From an uncultured Chloroflexia bacterium (lineage in GTDB: Bacteria > Chloroflexota > Limnocylindria > Limnocylindrales > CSP1-4), in assembly GCA_963759495.1 (NCBI GenBank), contig CAVWZL010000013.1, positions 56,466 to 120,465 on the forward strand: a stretch of DNA of 64,000 bases. The letters are read 5' to 3'. The translations under genes were made by a program, and so were the position numbers. Positions 61,713 through 64,000 of this stretch are shown one piece after another. How positions within the stretch are numbered: the first letter of the stretch is position 1; each line of letters starts with the position of its first letter. Under the pieces are notes generated by a model. The model was given only the letters and a program-made list of their open reading frames with translations. It had not been told where the DNA came from and did not search any database.

Positions 61713-62184
61713 CCGGGTCGCTGCGCCGGAACGGACCGGTCACGAGGACCAGCCCCTCCTCGACGGGCGCATCGGGTCGGAGCACGCGATAGCTGTGGTG
61801 GATCGCGGTGTCGCCCGCCGAAAGCATGGCGTTGACCGGGCAGTACTTGGTCGCCGACAGCTCGATGCAGCGCTTGATCGCGGCGCTGCTGACGGGATCG
61901 CCCGCGACCTCGTGCAGGAGGTCGATCCGCGTGAAGATCTGCGGATACTCCTCGCGCTGGTCCGCCCGTGCGTGCACGGTGTAGCGCTCGATCCCCTGGC
62001 GCTTCTTGAGCGCGATCGAGACCACGTCCATCGCCGAGCACCCCGCCAGCGCCGCGAGGATGCTCTCGAGCGGGCCCAGACCCCCTTCGGGTGGATCGTC
62101 GAAGGCGAACTGACGCCCCGACCCGGTCGAGACCTCGAAGTGCATCCCCTCCGTGAGGGTCAGGACGGCGGTCTTGATCGACAT
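61699..62184 (-). CDS. OsmC/YhfA-family protein
   Basis: P.E..L.ALAGCSAMDV, IELS.TKYCPV. Confidence 0.88.
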   Translation of the reverse strand: MSIKTAVLTLTEGMHFEVSTGSGRQFAFDDPPEGGLGPLESILAALAGCSAMDVVSIALKKRQGIERYTVHARADQREEYPQIFTRIDLLHEVAGDPVSSAAIKRCIELSATKYCPVNAMLSAGDTAIHHSYRVLRPDAPVEEGLVLVTGPFRRSDPVSGS

Positions 62185-62188
62185 GCCG

Positions 62189-64000
62189 TCAGCCGCCGAC
62201 CTCGACCGGCTCGGGCTCCTGTCCCGTGAGGAACTGCTCGCGGTAGAGGCGGGCATACAGGCCGCCGCCTGCCAGCAGCTCGGCGTGCGTGCCGCGCTCG
62301 ACGATCCGCCCGCGGTCGTACACGAGGATCCGGTCAGCGCGCAGGATCGTGGACAGCCGGTGGGCGATGGCGATCGTCGTCCGACCCTCCATCAGCCGCT
62401 CGAACGCGGCCTGGATCAATCGTTCCGACACGGTGTCGAGCGCCGACGTCGCCTCGTCGAGGATCAGGATGCGTGGGTCCTTGAGCAGCACCCGTGCGAT
62501 CGCGATGCGCTGCTTCTCGCCACCCGACAGCTTGTAGCCGCGCTCGCCGACGAGCGTGTCGTAGCCCTCGGGCAGCTCGAGGATGCGGTCATGGATCGCC
62601 GCTGCGCGCGTCGCGGTCTCCAGCTCCGCCTCGGTGGCGTCGGGACGGGCGTACCGCAGGTTGTCGCGCACGGACGCGTGGAAGAGGTACGTCTCCTGCG
62701 TCACCACGCCGATGATCTGGCCGAGGGACGCGAGCTTGATCCGGCGCACGTCGATGCCGTCGATCTCGACGGAACCGAAGTCCACGTCGTAGAGCCGGGG
62801 ATGAGATACGTCGTGGTTGTCTTGCCCGAGCCGGACGGGCCTACGAGCGCCACGAGCTCGCCGGGTTGCGCCTCGAAGTCGATGTCCTCGAGCGCGAACG
62901 TGGGCAGGATCGCGATGGGCTGGGGGATGGCTGGGCCGGCTCCGTCCCCATGTCCCGCCAATGCCGCCTCCACCGCGGTCTGGTCGACCTCGGCCGCACC
63001 AACGGCCGTTGCCACCGCCTCGTCCTCGACCGGACGTTCGCGGTTGGTGTCACCGTTGGCCATCGCGTCGAGCGCGCGCGAGGAGGGCACGGCCTCGGTC
63101 GGGTAGCGGAACCAGACGTCGCGCATCCGAACGGAGCCACGGACCGTCGCCCGATCCAGCTCGACGGCGTCGGGCGCATCGACGATCTCGGGGTCCATCT
63201 CGAGGTACTCGAAGATCCGGTCGAACAGCGCAAGCGCCCCCTGGATCTCGACCTGCACGCCGAGCAGCTGGCCGAGCGGGAAGAAGAGCCGGCTCTGGAG
63301 CGTCGTGAAGGCCACGATGTCGCCGATCGTCGGTGCGCTCGGGTCGTTGTTGATCGCGAGGTAGCCCGCGAGCCAGTACACGAAGGCCGGCGTGATCGAG
63401 AAGATGGTGCCGATGATCATGAAGAACCAGCGGCCGACCATTGCCTGCCGGATCTGGAGTGCGGCCAGCTGCTGGTTGAGCTTGCGGAACCGCCCGATCG
63501 ATGCCTCCTGCTGGCCGAACGTCTTCGACAGCAGCATCCCCGAGACGCTCAGGGTCTCCTCGGTGACCGCGCTCATCTCGGCGAGCGACTTCTGCGTCTC
63601 GGTGCTGACCTCACGGCGAACCTTCCCGACCCGGTAGGTGAGGTACATGAAGAACGGGGTGAGCCCGAGCGACAGGACGGTCAGGCGCCAGTCGATGATG
63701 AACATCGCGATGACCGTGCTGAGCGCGACGGCGATGTTGCTCGTCACGGAGCTCGCCGTGTCGGTCACGACGGCCTGGACGCCGCCGACGTCGTTCGCCA
63801 GGCGGCTCTGGATCTCGCCCGTCCGGGTCTCGGTGAAGAACCGGAGCGGCATTCGCTGAAGGTGGGCATAGAGGGCGCCGCGCAGGTCCTGCATGACGCT
63901 CTGGCCGATGACGTTGTTGAGGTAGCTCTGCCCAACGCCGATCAGTCCCGACACGATCGGCAGCACGATCATCAGGCCGACGAACAGGTTGAGCAGACCC
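62189..64000 (-). CDS. ABC transporter fused permease/ATPase, 5'-truncated by the window edge; frameshift near 62795
   Basis: [53 protein letters not shown]. Confidence 0.92.

Noticed and set aside
1-64000. tRNA/rRNA genes, prophage, IS elements or defence systems
   Set aside because: No such signatures were recognised. Composition looks uniform and the genes are mostly housekeeping or metabolic.

Overview
Very GC-rich bacterial chromosomal window with no rRNA, tRNA, cas, integrase or transposase genes recognised. Gene content and promoter style suggest a monoderm Chloroflexota/Actinomycetota-like organism (inference). About 4-25 kb is a phosphate/polyphosphate super-cluster: RegX3/PhoB-like regulator, Pit + DUF47, SenX3/PhoR kinase, EEP phosphatase, GDPD, pstSCAB-phoU-arsC-sixA, a small basic protein, ppx, a CYTH-CHAD protein and ppk1, with gltX just upstream and proS embedded. 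The rest holds a P-type ATPase, ABC transporters, a degenerate ATP-dependent ligase-like gene, an S9 peptidase, deoC, MerR-MFS, a diguanylate cyclase, a methyltransferase/FAD-oxidoreductase/NUDIX/SRPBCC/ketosynthase cluster, a murein endopeptidase, an ALDH pair, EamA transporters, argH, adenosine deaminase, a GAF kinase and argCJB-argR-argG. Many genes carry single-base frameshifts, most likely sequencing/assembly indels. Best leads are the ACP-less ketosynthase cluster, the pseudo-ligase, 11-bp-period PHO boxes, pervasive leaderless promoters, two structured intergenic repeat elements and the basic protein coupled to ppx. All calls come from motif recognition by eye; no searches were run.
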